A stretch of 64,000 bases of DNA from Neophaeotheca triangularis (lineage: Eukaryota). The first letter of the stretch is position 1; each line of letters starts with the position of its first letter. The notes under the pieces are model-generated. The model saw only the letters and a program-made list of their open reading frames with translations, did no database searches and was not told the origin of the DNA. The position numbers were made by a program, and so were the translations under genes. The stretch spans positions 310,001 through 374,000 of the forward strand of contig BAAIJX010000006.1 of NCBI GenBank assembly GCA_054600435.1, in the 5' to 3' direction. Positions 48,710-61,011 of the stretch are shown here, piece by piece.

Positions 48710-49349
48710 GCTATAGGAGGTGCTGGGTGGTACTGGTACACAAGCTGCTCGCAACTCGCGGTACGGCAATGATGCCGCTATAGTAGAGGTCACACTCGGT
48801 TTCTGCGACGACTGCATGCCAAGCTTTGCTGGAATTGTAGACACTCTTCCAGCCATCTGACGGCGTCTACACTCACCCAAGCAACCTAGATTTCTCTCCC
48901 CAAGCCTACCAATCCCCTCAGGCCCCAGCCGTATAACTCAGGCCCGTTTTGGCAACCTTCCAGGAGCTGTGGAAGCATGGCGTCGTGGAGATCTTGCTCT
49001 CTCGAATTAGCACGACCTCTGCGGGCCACTCTAGTTTGAGATGGGAGCTGTGGCCTTCGTTTGTGTGTGCGAGCACGAGGGTGAGCTGAAAGAGACAGAC
49101 GACAAGGGCAAGGCGATATGCGAGGATGTGGCATCACAAGTGCCCTCCTAGCGAGAATAATGCGCTGGACCATGAGGCTCAGTTGAAGGCGTCGCGAGAA
49201 TGCATTCTCAAGGAATGGCGAAATATTTGATCGCGAGCAAGCGACCTGTAGGTTTTTAGACGTAGCAGAATGATCCCAAGACTATGACTGGGAGTACTTC
49301 ATCACATCACTCTGCAATCAGCTAGGAAAACTAACCGCCTCCCCGACCC

Positions 49350-50945
49350 TCAACCTCGCTTGTCTTTCTTATCCTCATCCCTACTCTCAAAATCTAAAGA
49401 ATTCCCATTGTAAAACTCAGCCTCACCCTTCTTGGCAGCTTCCGCCCTCTGATCCGCAAGCGTCTTAACCCTCACCTTCCCCTTGGGCGCCGACTCTTCC
49501 TCTGCCATAGCCGCGCCCTCAGCATTACTATCATCCCTCTCATCCCCCGTGCCACCAATATAAGGCCCCGAGCCCTCCGTCGCACCCGCACCCTCCCCAC
49601 CACGCCCATAACCCGTCACAGCCCCGAACACCGAAGAAGCCAGCTCCCAAACCCCACCCACCAGCCCCGTCCCCGCCCCTAGCGCTCTCGAAACCACACC
49701 CTCGCCCCCTGCTCCCGCGTACGCTTCCGTGTACCCCGCCACCGGCACCAACACCAACGTCGCCGACGGACACAAGCCCAGCTCCAGCAAGCTGCGGTGT
49801 TCGTCGCTCATCTCGATACTGCGGGAAGGCTGGGGAGCGAGAATCTGTCTGAAAGTAAAAGGGATTTCGGCGACATTGCCGGCTTCGGGAGGGGCTTGGG
49901 CGGAGATGTGGGCGCGGACGCTCGAGGCGAGGGTGTCTGTGGGTGAGAAGCGGGATTTGAGGGAGGAGCCGTCGAAGAGGCGGATTTGGAGGGCGCAGAC
50001 GCTGCCGAGGCCGCGGGTTGAGGGACGGGAGGGGCGGGAGAAGGGGCCTTGAGGGCTGGTTGGGTTCGAGGCGGCGGTAGTGTTTGTGGGGGTTTCGGCG
50101 CTTTCTTTGCGCGCTTGTTCGCGGGCGCGCCGGGTGAGTTTGTCGTTTTCGATTTGGGCTAGGATGCGTTCGCGTTCGGATTTGGCTTCGTCGTTGCGTT
50201 TCTTTTGTTGCCGGATCCAGTCAGTGCGGGCTTTGGCGCGGTCGGGGGGGTTTGAGGAGGAGGCGGGTTGTTTGCCTTTGCCTTTTTCGGTGGGTGTGGA
50301 GGTGGATGTTGCTAGGGCTTCTTGTTCTTCTTTCTGCCGCCGCTTTGTGCGTTCTTTTCGCTCTGCTGCTTCCGCTTCTAATCGTTTTTGGCGCTCGGCT
50401 TCGAGTCGTTGGGCGCGGTCTGGGAACATTGATTGCAGATTGCAGGACTGGTCTTGAGATGTGGGTGTAGATGTGTTCGCTTGAATTGATGGTGATACTG
50501 CTGCGCCCCCTAATGGATCTTGGCTGACGGCGATGTTGGCTTGAGAGTCTGACAGTATCTCCCCTTGTCCTTCCAAAGTACTCTCAGCATCCGCCCCAAG
50601 ACCCACAGCATTCAACAGCCGCTCCCTGAATTCATCCTCCCCTGTGTTGCGCTCCAGTTGCGCCAGTATCTGTCCATTCCTGATAATCACCAACGTCGGT
50701 GCGGCACTGATGGAACAGAAAGCCGAGAGGAACCCGGCCTCTTGAGAGCCAAACTCGATCCGTAGCAACACGGCCTTGTCTTTGATCATGTCTCCCAGCC
50801 CACCTTCCACAAGCCACTGCTCTTCCCAGAGCTTTGAGGTCTCATCGTCCTCCTGACGGACGAAGCAGGCTACGAGCTTCTGCTGCTGAATGGCTAGAGC
50901 GATGCCTGATTGGAGGTCACCGGGGTGGAAGATGGAATCAGACAT
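49350..50945 (-). CDS. UBX-domain Cdc48/p97 cofactor (Ubx7/UBXN4-like)
   Basis: N-terminal thioredoxin-like region (GSQEAGFLSAFC...PTLVII), coiled coil, UBX (LQIRLFDGSSL...LGLCPSATLVL) and C-terminal FYNGNSLDFE. Confidence 0.88.
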   Translation of the reverse strand: MSDSIFHPGDLQSGIALAIQQQKLVACFVRQEDDETSKLWEEQWLVEGGLGDMIKDKAVLLRIEFGSQEAGFLSAFCSISAAPTLVIIRNGQILAQLERNTGEDEFRERLLNAVGLGADAESTLEGQGEILSDSQANIAVSQDPLGGAAVSPSIQANTSTPTSQDQSCNLQSMFPDRAQRLEAERQKRLEAEAAERKERTKRRQKEEQEALATSTSTPTEKGKGKQPASSSNPPDRAKARTDWIRQQKKRNDEAKSERERILAQIENDKLTRRAREQARKESAETPTNTTAASNPTSPQGPFSRPSRPSTRGLGSVCALQIRLFDGSSLKSRFSPTDTLASSVRAHISAQAPPEAGNVAEIPFTFRQILAPQPSRSIEMSDEHRSLLELGLCPSATLVLVPVAGYTEAYAGAGGEGVVSRALGAGTGLVGGVWELASSVFGAVTGYGRGGEGAGATEGSGPYIGGTGDERDDSNAEGAAMAEEESAPKGKVRVKTLADQRAEAAKKGEAEFYNGNSLDFESRDEDKKDKRG

Positions 50946-51540
50946 GCTTGTCGCGGGTGTCAAGTTAGTTTGATATTGATTGAAAGACGTTCACGGGTAC
51001 GTACGCGATCTCATCAGTCAGCACCACCTTGACCACCTTAGCTTAGGTTCACATGTTGCTGTATCCGTCCCAATGCGGTCTAGTCGGTGTCTAAGGACCC
51101 TGGCTGGAAATGAAAATAGAATAACGGAACCCACCTGCAGCATAACTTAGGTAAGGTTATTATTACATCAGACACGTAACTTACGGTATTAAGGTACCTC
51201 AGGTGGTCGCAGTATTCTTGTCACAATCTCTACACGGCTCACATCATACCTACATAAGTACATTAGAACACAGGCAAAAAAAAAGAAAATCACTCGCATC
51301 CAAGAGACAGACTCTGAAGCGTTCAAGTTCATGTTCGAGAGACCCCCCGACGTAAGGTATCGTCAGCCAACGAAGCATCATCATCGTCGCCACGATCAAG
51401 ACACCCGGACAGCTGACGACAGCCCCGTCGGCTTAGCTCTTAGCATACGACACGAACAAACATTTATCGACAAGATCCATTGTCTATCCGCGTGTCCAAG
51501 GAGAGTCACTACTACTGTCTTGCTCTTTGTTTGCCTACAT

Positions 51541-51543
51541 CTG

Positions 51544-51574
<31 letters not shown>

Positions 51575-51588
51575 TCCTCTCTCTCTCT
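51541..51588 (+). repeat. (CT)n microsatellite upstream of the PLC-like gene
   Basis: Imperfect CT dinucleotide run. Confidence 0.88.
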
Positions 51589-51801
51589 TGCAACAAAACA
51601 CTTTCACTTTGGTAAGAACTGTCGACCCGATCTTGATCTTTCCATATTTTCATTTTCATTTCATTTCAGTATCTGTTTCCTCATAACAGTCGCTTTGGAC
51701 TTTCCTCGAACTGCAACAAGAACCCTTATTCAGCAAAAGACCAAACACTACCTTATCTCATCTCTTCCTGCATCCACCTCATCGAAACCCCAACCACAGC
51801 C

Positions 51802-52884
51802 ATGCTGCTCACTTCACTATCCAAGCTCTTGCTGCTGCCAGCAGTACTGCGCACCGCCCTCGCTCAAAACACCACTTCTTCATCATCAGGAGCCTGCAAC
51901 AACGACCCCTCCCTCTGCAGCAGACAATACAACGAAATCACCCACCTTGGCGCCCACGACTCCCCCTACCTCCGAGACGAATCAACCCGCTTCAGCACGA
52001 GCGGTAACCAATACTTCAACACCACTATCCAGCTTTCCGCAGGAGTCCGACTTCTCACGACTCAGGTGCACTCGCGGAATGGCGAATGGCATCTTTGCCA
52101 CACCAGTTGCGATCTTCTCGATGCTGGGACGTTAAGCGATTGGCTGGGCGAGATCCGAGACTGGATGGAGGATAATCCGAACGACGTGGTGACGGTGCTG
52201 CTCGTGAACTCCAACGACGCCAGCGCGAGTGACTTGGCGGGCGAATACGAGGCCGCGGGCATCACGCAATACTCGTACACGCCGAGTTCGACCGAAGGGA
52301 CGTTGGAATGGCCGACTTTGCAAGAGCTCATCAATGCCGACACACGCTTGCTCACCTTTGTTGCGAGCCTCGACGACAACGCCGCCGCACCCTACCTCCT
52401 GGACCAGTTCAACTACATCTTCGAGAACGACTACGACAACACGCAGTTCTCGGACTTCTCGTGCGCGCCTTCTCGCCCTTCCAGTGTCAGCGGCGACGCG
52501 AGCTCGGCTATCAGCCAAGGCCTGATGCCGCTGATGAACCACTTCTTGTACGAGGAGCAGGGCTTTGGCCTTCAAGTCCCGGACGAGGGCAACGTGACCA
52601 CCACCAACGCTCCCGGCTCAGAGGTCGGCATGCTCGGTCGCGCGGCAGACGAATGCACCTCGCAGTACGGCCGGGCTCCCACCTTCATTCTCGTCGACTT
52701 CTTTAACGTCGGGCCTGCGATTGAGACGGTGGATGCCCTCAACCAGGTCAGCAACCCCGTCGGCAGACGGAGTGTGCCCGAGACGGTGCAGACGCAGTCA
52801 TCGGCGGCATCGGGAATGGTTCGTGTGACAGCGAGCTGGGGTTGTTTGATCGTCGCTGCGATGTTGGTGTCGGGTGCTGCGTAA
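51802..52884 (+). CDS. Secreted, probably GPI-anchored PI-PLC X-box-like phosphodiesterase
   Basis: Signal peptide; ACNNDPSLC...THLGAHDS, QLSAGVRLL, HLCHTSC, NPNDVVTVLLVN, LMNHFLY and PTFILVDFFN; hydrophobic C-terminus after SSAASG. Confidence 0.88.
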   Translation: MLLTSLSKLLLLPAVLRTALAQNTTSSSSGACNNDPSLCSRQYNEITHLGAHDSPYLRDESTRFSTSGNQYFNTTIQLSAGVRLLTTQVHSRNGEWHLCHTSCDLLDAGTLSDWLGEIRDWMEDNPNDVVTVLLVNSNDASASDLAGEYEAAGITQYSYTPSSTEGTLEWPTLQELINADTRLLTFVASLDDNAAAPYLLDQFNYIFENDYDNTQFSDFSCAPSRPSSVSGDASSAISQGLMPLMNHFLYEEQGFGLQVPDEGNVTTTNAPGSEVGMLGRAADECTSQYGRAPTFILVDFFNVGPAIETVDALNQVSNPVGRRSVPETVQTQSSAASGMVRVTASWGCLIVAAMLVSGAA

Positions 52885-54096
52885 TTTCACGACGAGCTTT
52901 GTCGTACGATGCGAAGACGCTATGGAAAGGAGGATTTGCGGCGAAATTGGGAGCACTGGCTCGGCATTTACTGTTTACAATCCCCTCTGCATAGCGAAAA
53001 GGAACTGGTACATACATAGATAACGAATAGACGATTAGATTGAGATATCTGCAGCTCTCGCATGCAAGCCTCCAAGAAAGTCCGTCTTTTCCAACTCACC
53101 GCTCAACTGTTGCAACCCCGTGATACCACCAGGTATCGACGTCTGATAGGCGTCCCAGCAACCTCCATTCCAACAAATGCATCCCCGTCGCACAAGGGAG
53201 CAAAAGCGGGCGGCCCTGACCGCTGTATGCCGCCTGTCAGGCGGGGCGCCGAGCGAGCGGGCCTTCGCGACCACCATCACACCGCAGCGCCCTCCATTGG
53301 TGCGAGGCGTTGGGACCGGGTCGCTGGGAAAACGCCCTGTGCCCCCGGTGACAGCTCGAGGGACCGCATCGCTTGCGGGTGCATGGGAGGGGAGGGGGAG
53401 GGCAGTGCTGTGCTGTGCTGTGCGGCGCTGTACGGCGCTGCGCGAACCAAGATGGGTGGCCCGCCCGCTCCCTTTTGCGATCGCCCGCATAATCGTGTGT
53501 GCGACGCTGTGCCACGATGTCGGGAGCCCGGGAGGCGTGCTGCCGCTGCGATGGGAAATGCTCGCGAACTGCTATAGGGTGCCCGGGAGATTCTTGTGTC
53601 GAGAGGAATGGGATTGCGTGTTTGAGAGCTGGGTGGGAGGTGGGAGGTTAATATACGGTTACACGGGACGATGCTGCGTGCGGGAGTGGCGCAGCTGCAT
53701 TCTCGAGGTGCCGTAGTGCAAGAAGCCCTCCCATTTACTCTCGCTCGCACACGCCGAGGCGGCGCGAGAAGCTGTCTGGATGGACGACGGGGGTGGGGCA
53801 GCTTTTGCGCAATGCAACTAGGCTTAGGAGCGTGGGGGGGTTTTGCGCTGTCGTGCGCTACTAATTATCCCGCTGGCTGCGCGGTGGGCGTGTGAGATTT
53901 GTGTCTGGGATCGATCGACTCATCGTGTGGTATCTCAGCCACTCGCCGCACCGCATGGGCTGGCAGGAGTGTTCATGTTTCGTTACCGCCGTGACGGAAG
54001 CGCCTGGTCACGGGCATGCTCGGGCAGGATGCTGTTGGCTGCTGGACGCTGCACATGCCTGGCTGGAGATTACTTGGAAGCTGATAGATAGTGTAT

Positions 54097-54136
54097 GTAG
54101 TAGTAGTGGTGGTGGTGGTGGTGGTGGTGGTGGTAG
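54097..54136 (+). repeat. Compound (TAG)/(TGG) microsatellite
   Basis: gtagtagtagt followed by a GGT run. Confidence 0.88.
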
Positions 54137-54892
54137 TATGTACACCAAGGACAAGGGATGATGACGTGAGGTCGGGTTCTGAGTACCTATCTGTCTAACT
54201 CTAATGGGCTGTCAAGCGTGATATGAGAACGATGGTCATGTGACTGGAACGTTTGACCGACAGCCGTCGGCGAGCGGCGAGCGGGCCAAGCTACGGAGGT
54301 AAGAAGGAGGTACTGAGGTACTGTACTAAAGTAAGGTACATAGTGACCAGACAGATCTCATCCCATGTGCCAGACTGGGCGTGTTAAAAACCTTGCCTAA
54401 ACTCACGACAGCTAGCTGGAAACTGTGTTTGAACCCGAAAGCCCGTTGCGCGCATCACTGGAAATATTGAATACTGGCTCGGTGCAAAGAGTTCCGCAGA
54501 GTGTAAAAGCCTATAAGATATTGAGCACTCCGACCGCGCGGCAACGGGAATATTAATAATGCGGCGGGAGGTGACAGCAGCGGTTCATTTGGCATTATTA
54601 GTCTAAGTATTATTATTATTATTATCATTGTATAAGGTTCCCATTTGGCGAGTATGTACACACCGAAAGTACCCCCGTACCGCTATCAAACTCACCTCCC
54701 TGCCTACAGTAGGTAGTACGGTGGTACTCTGCCTTCTACGTCTATCATGTCCCAAGAGCCCACGATCCGAGGAGTTGGGCAGCCCTTGATCAACATGTGA
54801 TCATGTCCATCGGCATGCAGATTTCAGTCGCGCTCCTCATGGCCAAGGCATTATGACCAATTATGTCGCGAGGACATCCGAGTGCCCCGACC

Positions 54893-54906
54893 TACTACTT
54901 ACTACT

Positions 54907-54948
<42 letters not shown>
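54893..54948 (+). repeat. (TAC)n microsatellite
   Basis: Long TAC run with two interruptions at the 5' end. Confidence 0.92.
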
Positions 54949-56984
54949 CGAAGTACTGTCTCTCTGCTTCTGCTCCCGCAAGGACACGAGTCAGTTGCAT
55001 GTCAGTGCCGGTGGCCGCTCGGAGTACCGAGGAATACTTAAAACGTTGACAAGTGACATGTCAAATCGACCCGGCCCTGGATTGTTAATAATAATAATCA
55101 CGATGCGGCAAGGCTGTGTTGTATCACTACTGGGTAAATAATACAGCCTCCTGGCATCACAAGCTACGTGGGAGTCGGTCACAGAACTTTCTGGACTAGT
55201 TATCCGACTTCTAGTCTGGTCATTCGGGCAAGATGATTGGGCCCCCTTTTGCACCGCTCGACGTTGTTCTACAGACTACGAGGTAGCAGTCAAACAATGG
55301 CGTGACGTTTCATATAGTCATGCATGCCCGACAGGGCGCCAGCTGTGCTCAAGGCACGCGCCGCTCTGGGCATGTCAAGTTGTCAACGGTAGGTTTTCCG
55401 TCAAAACCCTACATACATCAGTAGGTACTTGTACTACTGTACGAGGTACAAGTACCTACTGTATGCTGCCACGCATGCAAGCGCTTCTGCACATGCATTC
55501 CCCACTTCCGGTTCCCAGGTGAAGCAAAGCTTGCGCCGAGTGCCCGGTTCTGTCTGGGGACTCGGACCTTGACTGGAAGATCTTGGAACGCGAATCGCCT
55601 CAAACAATAATCATCATCCACACCTACCTTAACTTACACCTCCCTGGCAGCTATAGACGGAGACCGAAATTCCGTTCCACTTCGCGGGTTCGGTACGAGA
55701 TCCGACTTGGGTTCTGTTCGAAACGTCAGTGACATGCAGTAGTGACGAGGCGGGCTATTGACAATCGTGGGCCTTTAGCCTTGTCCCTAAACTCTGAGAG
55801 TTTTGACGGCTAGACCGCGACCAGGACTTGTCGATTTTGAGGCGTCGTTCATTCCAAGACAGCAGCAATCACTCGGTCGTCTTTAGTAATTATTGGACAC
55901 GGTTGTGGAGCAAAACACTGGGCGGCTTCCGCTTTCTCAGTTGAAGACCGCGTTTCGTGAGCGGCATGCTTGCCGGGAACGAGTGTCAAGCACGGGCGAA
56001 CCAGATGTCAACCATGCCGCGCGCGTAGGGACGACCCTCAGTGCAATTCCGCTTTTGAGATTTGTTGACATGGCTCTGCAATACTCTGTGTGATACCGGT
56101 CAGAATGTCCGACGTAGCCCTCTGCACCGCGAGCATTCTGCACAGACTGCAATGCCTTAGAAAGGACTGGAGCTAAAGGGTACTTTGACCAAATCAAAAA
56201 TGCATCGTCAGACCGCACAAGCTGTGGGCTGCATCGTATCGTGCATTGGCGTCGACGAATAATGGCCCGCCTGCTGCAGACAGTAGTAGCGCCATCTGAG
56301 GGTGCGTGCGGGCCGTTGGATCCTGCCTCTGTCCGCGTCAAGGGTGAAGCAGTAGTGTCTGGCGGAAGCTGGCGATCCCTGAAGAGCCTTTTGACATTAG
56401 GTTATCACCGGCTTGCAGCTCATCATCGCCCTCTTACGCAGCTATCCGCTTGTCCTGGCTACCGACTCACAAGGTACCCCCAAGTTGCTTCTCTTGCCAA
56501 CCCCCGAGATCTTCGGCATTGAGCGCCACATTCTTGCGCAAGGCCCGACTCCAGATTCCGGGACCACGCTCTGTGAACCAAGTACGACGGGACCCGGCTT
56601 GCTTTGCTTCACACTACACTCAACAGTCCTATCGGAACCTTTTTTGACTCTCTTCTTGAAACCTGCGACACTTGCGACACCCGGACTCGAAATAAGGAAA
56701 TCGCACCCACAACTTTTCGACTCAACCCGTGGTCCGTGTCGTCACGAGCCAGAGGCACCTACATCTAGTCACGCTGATATAGTGTCAGCCCTGCCGTCTT
56801 CACATTCCTCCAAGGGGCGCTTGCGAAATACGACGATACGCACATAGTCGTGCCCTCGATCCATCGACATTTTGCCCGCTTGTCAAACGTTCGAAGACGA
56901 GTCAGTTTAGCTGTCGCAACCTGCAACATCTTTTTAGCCGGACCAAACCTCCAGCACAAGCACGGGGCACAACGGCACTTGATC

Positions 56985-58423
56985 ATGGCTTATGGCGAAA
57001 CGCTTGTTCTGGGTACTCCATCGACCAGTCGCGTTCGATATGACGAATGTAGACAGCATCCCACCCGTCTCATAACACCAGACGGTTCCCGCGGCAGCGC
57101 TCGCTCCAACAACTCCTCGAGCCCATCCAGTGTCGTTCGAAGAGGCGCACCTGTTCACGATTTGCTGTTACCTCGCACACCCGAGACCACAGTCGGACGT
57201 TCTGAAGCAGGACAATCAATGTCTCATTCCCGAAGGGATAGCTTTCACGATCCATTGCTCAAGCCCAACGATCAAAGATTGAGCGATCAAAATCTGCCTT
57301 CGCTGCCACCTTTGAAACAACTGTTTGGGAGCAACATATCAAGTCCGCCAGATACACCGCATCCGTTTTCCGCTGGTGGACAGCCATTCCCATGCGAGCC
57401 CGCCTACACAACATCAACATACAAGCCACCGGCACTCTATCCGAGCAAAAGACCTAGAACCGACATTCCGCTCGACGCAAACAGATCGCTGCGTTCTCCG
57501 GTTTGTCAACCTGTGCACCTGCCGAGAGTCGAAACTAGCAGCGAACGATGGGCTTCCGATAGCCGCACTCGTGCTTCACCACCACGAAACCACGATGGAG
57601 GTATTCGTACCAGCCGCGAGCAACATCGCTCTAGTGTTAGCATGGAGTCACGTCGCATTCATGGCCAGGATGGCACGAATGGTTTGACGCGGTCAGGGTA
57701 CGGACAACCATCGTACCGAACGCCTGAGCACACGCCTACCTCTACACACTTTGACATGGGTAAGCAATCCTTCAACTACCACGTAACAACGTTCACAGAA
57801 CTGATAAATGAACTAGACCACTACGCACATCGTCCTGACATGGATATGTCCCGGAGATCGTCTACCAACAGCTTCGCCGGATTCGACAGTCGAGTTCTTG
57901 AGGGCACACAGTCTAGCCAAGCATACCAACAAGGGCCGAGATATCCAATGTCTCACAGGGACAGTCGAGTGCAAGGGCCAGAAGACCATCCTATCGATGG
58001 CTACGCCCCGGGTCCATACCATCTGAGCCAAACCCCTTACTTTGTGCCCAGCCATTACGAGTATCAACATGGCAAGGCTCGGAAACGGAGCAACCTGCCT
58101 AAACGGTCGACAGACATTATGAAAACATGGTTCGATCAGGTATGCAATCGATCGATTCAATGGCTTCGCTTTGCAAAGTGCTCGGCTGACTCTTCTCCCA
58201 GAACATACAAAACCCCTACCCCAGCGAGGAGCAGAAAGTGGTGTTCTCCAACGTATGTGGCCAGTTCTCTACACTTCCCCTCGATGGTGAAACTGATAAT
58301 ATACTGCAGGCGACTGGTATTAGCATGACACAGGTCAGCAACTGGTTCATCAACCACCGCAGACGCTGCCCGGAGCTACGAGACAAGAGGGACAAGGGCC
58401 GACCACGTGATTGTGACATGTGA
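56985..58423 (+). CDS. TALE-class (Homeobox_KN) transcription factor, Cup9/Tos8-like
   Basis: Spliced homeodomain RKRSNLPKRSTDIMKTWFDQ|NIQNPYPSEEQKVVFSN|ATGISMTQVSNWFINHRRR with the PYP loop. Introns 57760-57816, 58140-58201 and about 58253-58309. Confidence 0.88.
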
Positions 58424-61011
58424 TTGATTGCATAGAGTTCCACGAGGGGATGTAATGATAGAGCCAAAACTATGCGGTCCCAGTCCGCCAACAAACAGCA
58501 TTAGAACAGCCCAGCAATGACGAACTAATGGAATCCGACAGCCAGTGGCCGTCTCACGGCCTTTGGGCACAAAGATATCACGCTACTTCTAAGGAGTTCT
58601 CATTTCACTCGCCATTGTTTTATTTCGCTCTCGAATATCTTGCCTTCAACCACTTGCGTGTACAGCACAGGCAGGGAAACCTCCATCGGCCGAAAGCCGG
58701 GCCTCAAGTGAACTTCCTCATCCTCCTCGGTTTCCCATCAGTCAGTGGCAATCGCAAGTTGCAACAACACGCCTGCGGGGTGCGCGGTCTAGCCCAAGCA
58801 AAGATAGTAAGCACGGAGCAACCGACGTTGCCCCTTTGGTCAGCCTCCACAACGACAATCTAGCGTTCGGGCACAGCGTCGGGTGCACAGGCGGGCGGGC
58901 CAGAGCAGCCGATGCTTTTTAGCCAGCATTTGGGACGCATCGCACTACTGACATCTGTCCATCGCACGTTCGTCGCTCGTCACACGCACGCCGCGGACTT
59001 TGATGGCCTCGACAACCGCCTGCGCCGCGGCTGCCAAACCCCGTTCCCAACGCAAACGCTGGTGCAGGGTGATTATAGGGCACAGTGTCCGAGTCTTGGA
59101 TTGTTTTCTGCGTCAAGGTTTGTGGCTACTTGAGAGGGTTGTTGGCCTTGTAAGGGCAGTGGACGCGAGTGGCTTGGTGTTTGACGCTTGGCGGATGCGA
59201 GCGGCAGCTGGGGGCGGCGGATAGGAAGGTGGAGGAGCGCGACACGAAACGTCTTGTCAGCTTCCTCTTCGGGCGGTAACGATGACTTTTTCAAGTGTCA
59301 TGAAGGTCCCATGTGAGTGTCCACTACTACCGGCGAGCAACCGCATGACTACTTGGGCCATTCGATGTAATAGCGATGATCGATTGGGGATCCATTATTG
59401 CCGTCTTATGTGCGATGAGCCAACGCCTCGCTCGAAAGCCCTCCTAAGTTCCTCGGTCACCACGATCCACTGTTGACCACCACCACCACCACTCGTACCG
59501 CACGGGATTAAGCCCGGAGATGTCTAGCGCAGAGATTGTTCAGATGGGACTCGGTCACAGTTACCGGAACACTGATCGATCCCTCTTGGTCTTCAAAGCA
59601 GGCGTCAACTCTCACGAGTCGCGCCTTGGTCAAGACGGTACATGCAGTTCGTTATAGGATAGGCTAACAAGAAGCCAAGGATTCAAGGAAGCCGGAACGC
59701 AAAATTCCCGTCCAAGCCCTCGCCAATTCTCTCCTTAAAAGGTGACTAAGCTTTGGGCCAAAGTTGAACGACTCGAAAGCTTATGCGACGGTCTCCGCTT
59801 GACACAAACGCCCGCTTCCTGTGCCGAGGCGATGAGATTAGAGTTAGAGTTCCCTCTCCGACTACCACCTCCTACTACTGGACTGTCTTTACGGAGCAGA
59901 CCACTGTAGTAGTGGCATAGGCTTTAAAGTTTTTAGCAGCAGCAGGGGTCAGCGCAGCCGCGTGCGGACTGCGAGTTCCGGTCTCAGGATCTCACAGTCT
60001 GGGACTCTGGGTGGAGCAATGGTAGGTAACATTATTAATAAACATGGCGGCCTCCAACGTGAGAAGCGTGTCTGGGTAAACGTCTTGTCGGAGCCGGCCG
60101 ACGGCGTTGGCTGACTGAGCGCCACGCGCGCTTCTTCCTTGGTACCTAGGTAGCTAAGTTCCCACTGCACAGTCATCATACCATACCACCGCAAGACTAC
60201 TTACCTAGGGCTGCTCTTACTCTTGCCCGCTTGGCGTCGACGTTTCCATAGGCTTCCTCGCTCTCACGGCGGCGTTGGCGGTGGAGGCGCAGCGCGTGCA
60301 AGCCCTCCCCTCAAGAATAATGACAGATCTGTGCGTTGCTCAAACTCGCGAGAATCCATGGGTCTGGCCCACGCCGGGCTGGCAAGATGCAGCCGCGAGC
60401 GCCGCGAGGTGGAGTGTTGACTGACGGGAGACTACTTCTGGTTGACGTCTGGACTGGCGTGGATAGATCACTACTAACTACTGCTACGGCACGGTAGATC
60501 AGGGACGGCTGTAGGGCTTACGTTTTCCCAAATGCCGGGAGTGTTCCGCCCCGCGGGCGCTGCTCGAGTAGCACGCCAATGGGGGATCGGCGGGTTGCCG
60601 CGAGTCATTGGCAATGCGTTTTTGACATTCTACGCGAATACCATCTTGGAAGAACTAGGAGGTGAGTGGAGCGGCATGACACGTGAACAGCCTCGGTGAG
60701 TGAGGCTCCCAAAATTCCTCTTTTGACACTCAAGGTACTGAGTTCGGAGCACGTTGAGCGAAGGCTTCGTCGTCTCTGCTGCAGAGGAGGCAGTCGCTGA
60801 CGGCAAAGCGAGCGAGTCAAGGGCGGATTCGCCTGCATGGTTCGATGAGAATGCGGTCGATGTGTTTGGTAGAGTAAAGCAAACAACGCTACAGCATGCC
60901 TTCTTTGCGAACACTCCAGGGTATATTGTCATCCTCCATGCAACGCGCGACCTCCACAAGCGTCACCAGTGCGCCAATGACGCCTCGCAAAAAAGAAACA
61001 ATGTACGTTGC

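Noticed and set aside
53035..53750. Several 150-180 aa ORFs on both strands
   Set aside because: GC-rich low-complexity DNA with few stops; Arg/Ala/Cys-rich translations and no protein motifs.
56985..58423. Homeobox gene as a mating-type locus linked to the pheromone-like precursor
   Set aside because: Pezizomycotina MAT loci encode alpha-box/HMG proteins flanked by APN2/SLA2, none of which are here; this is an ordinary TALE factor 11 kb away.
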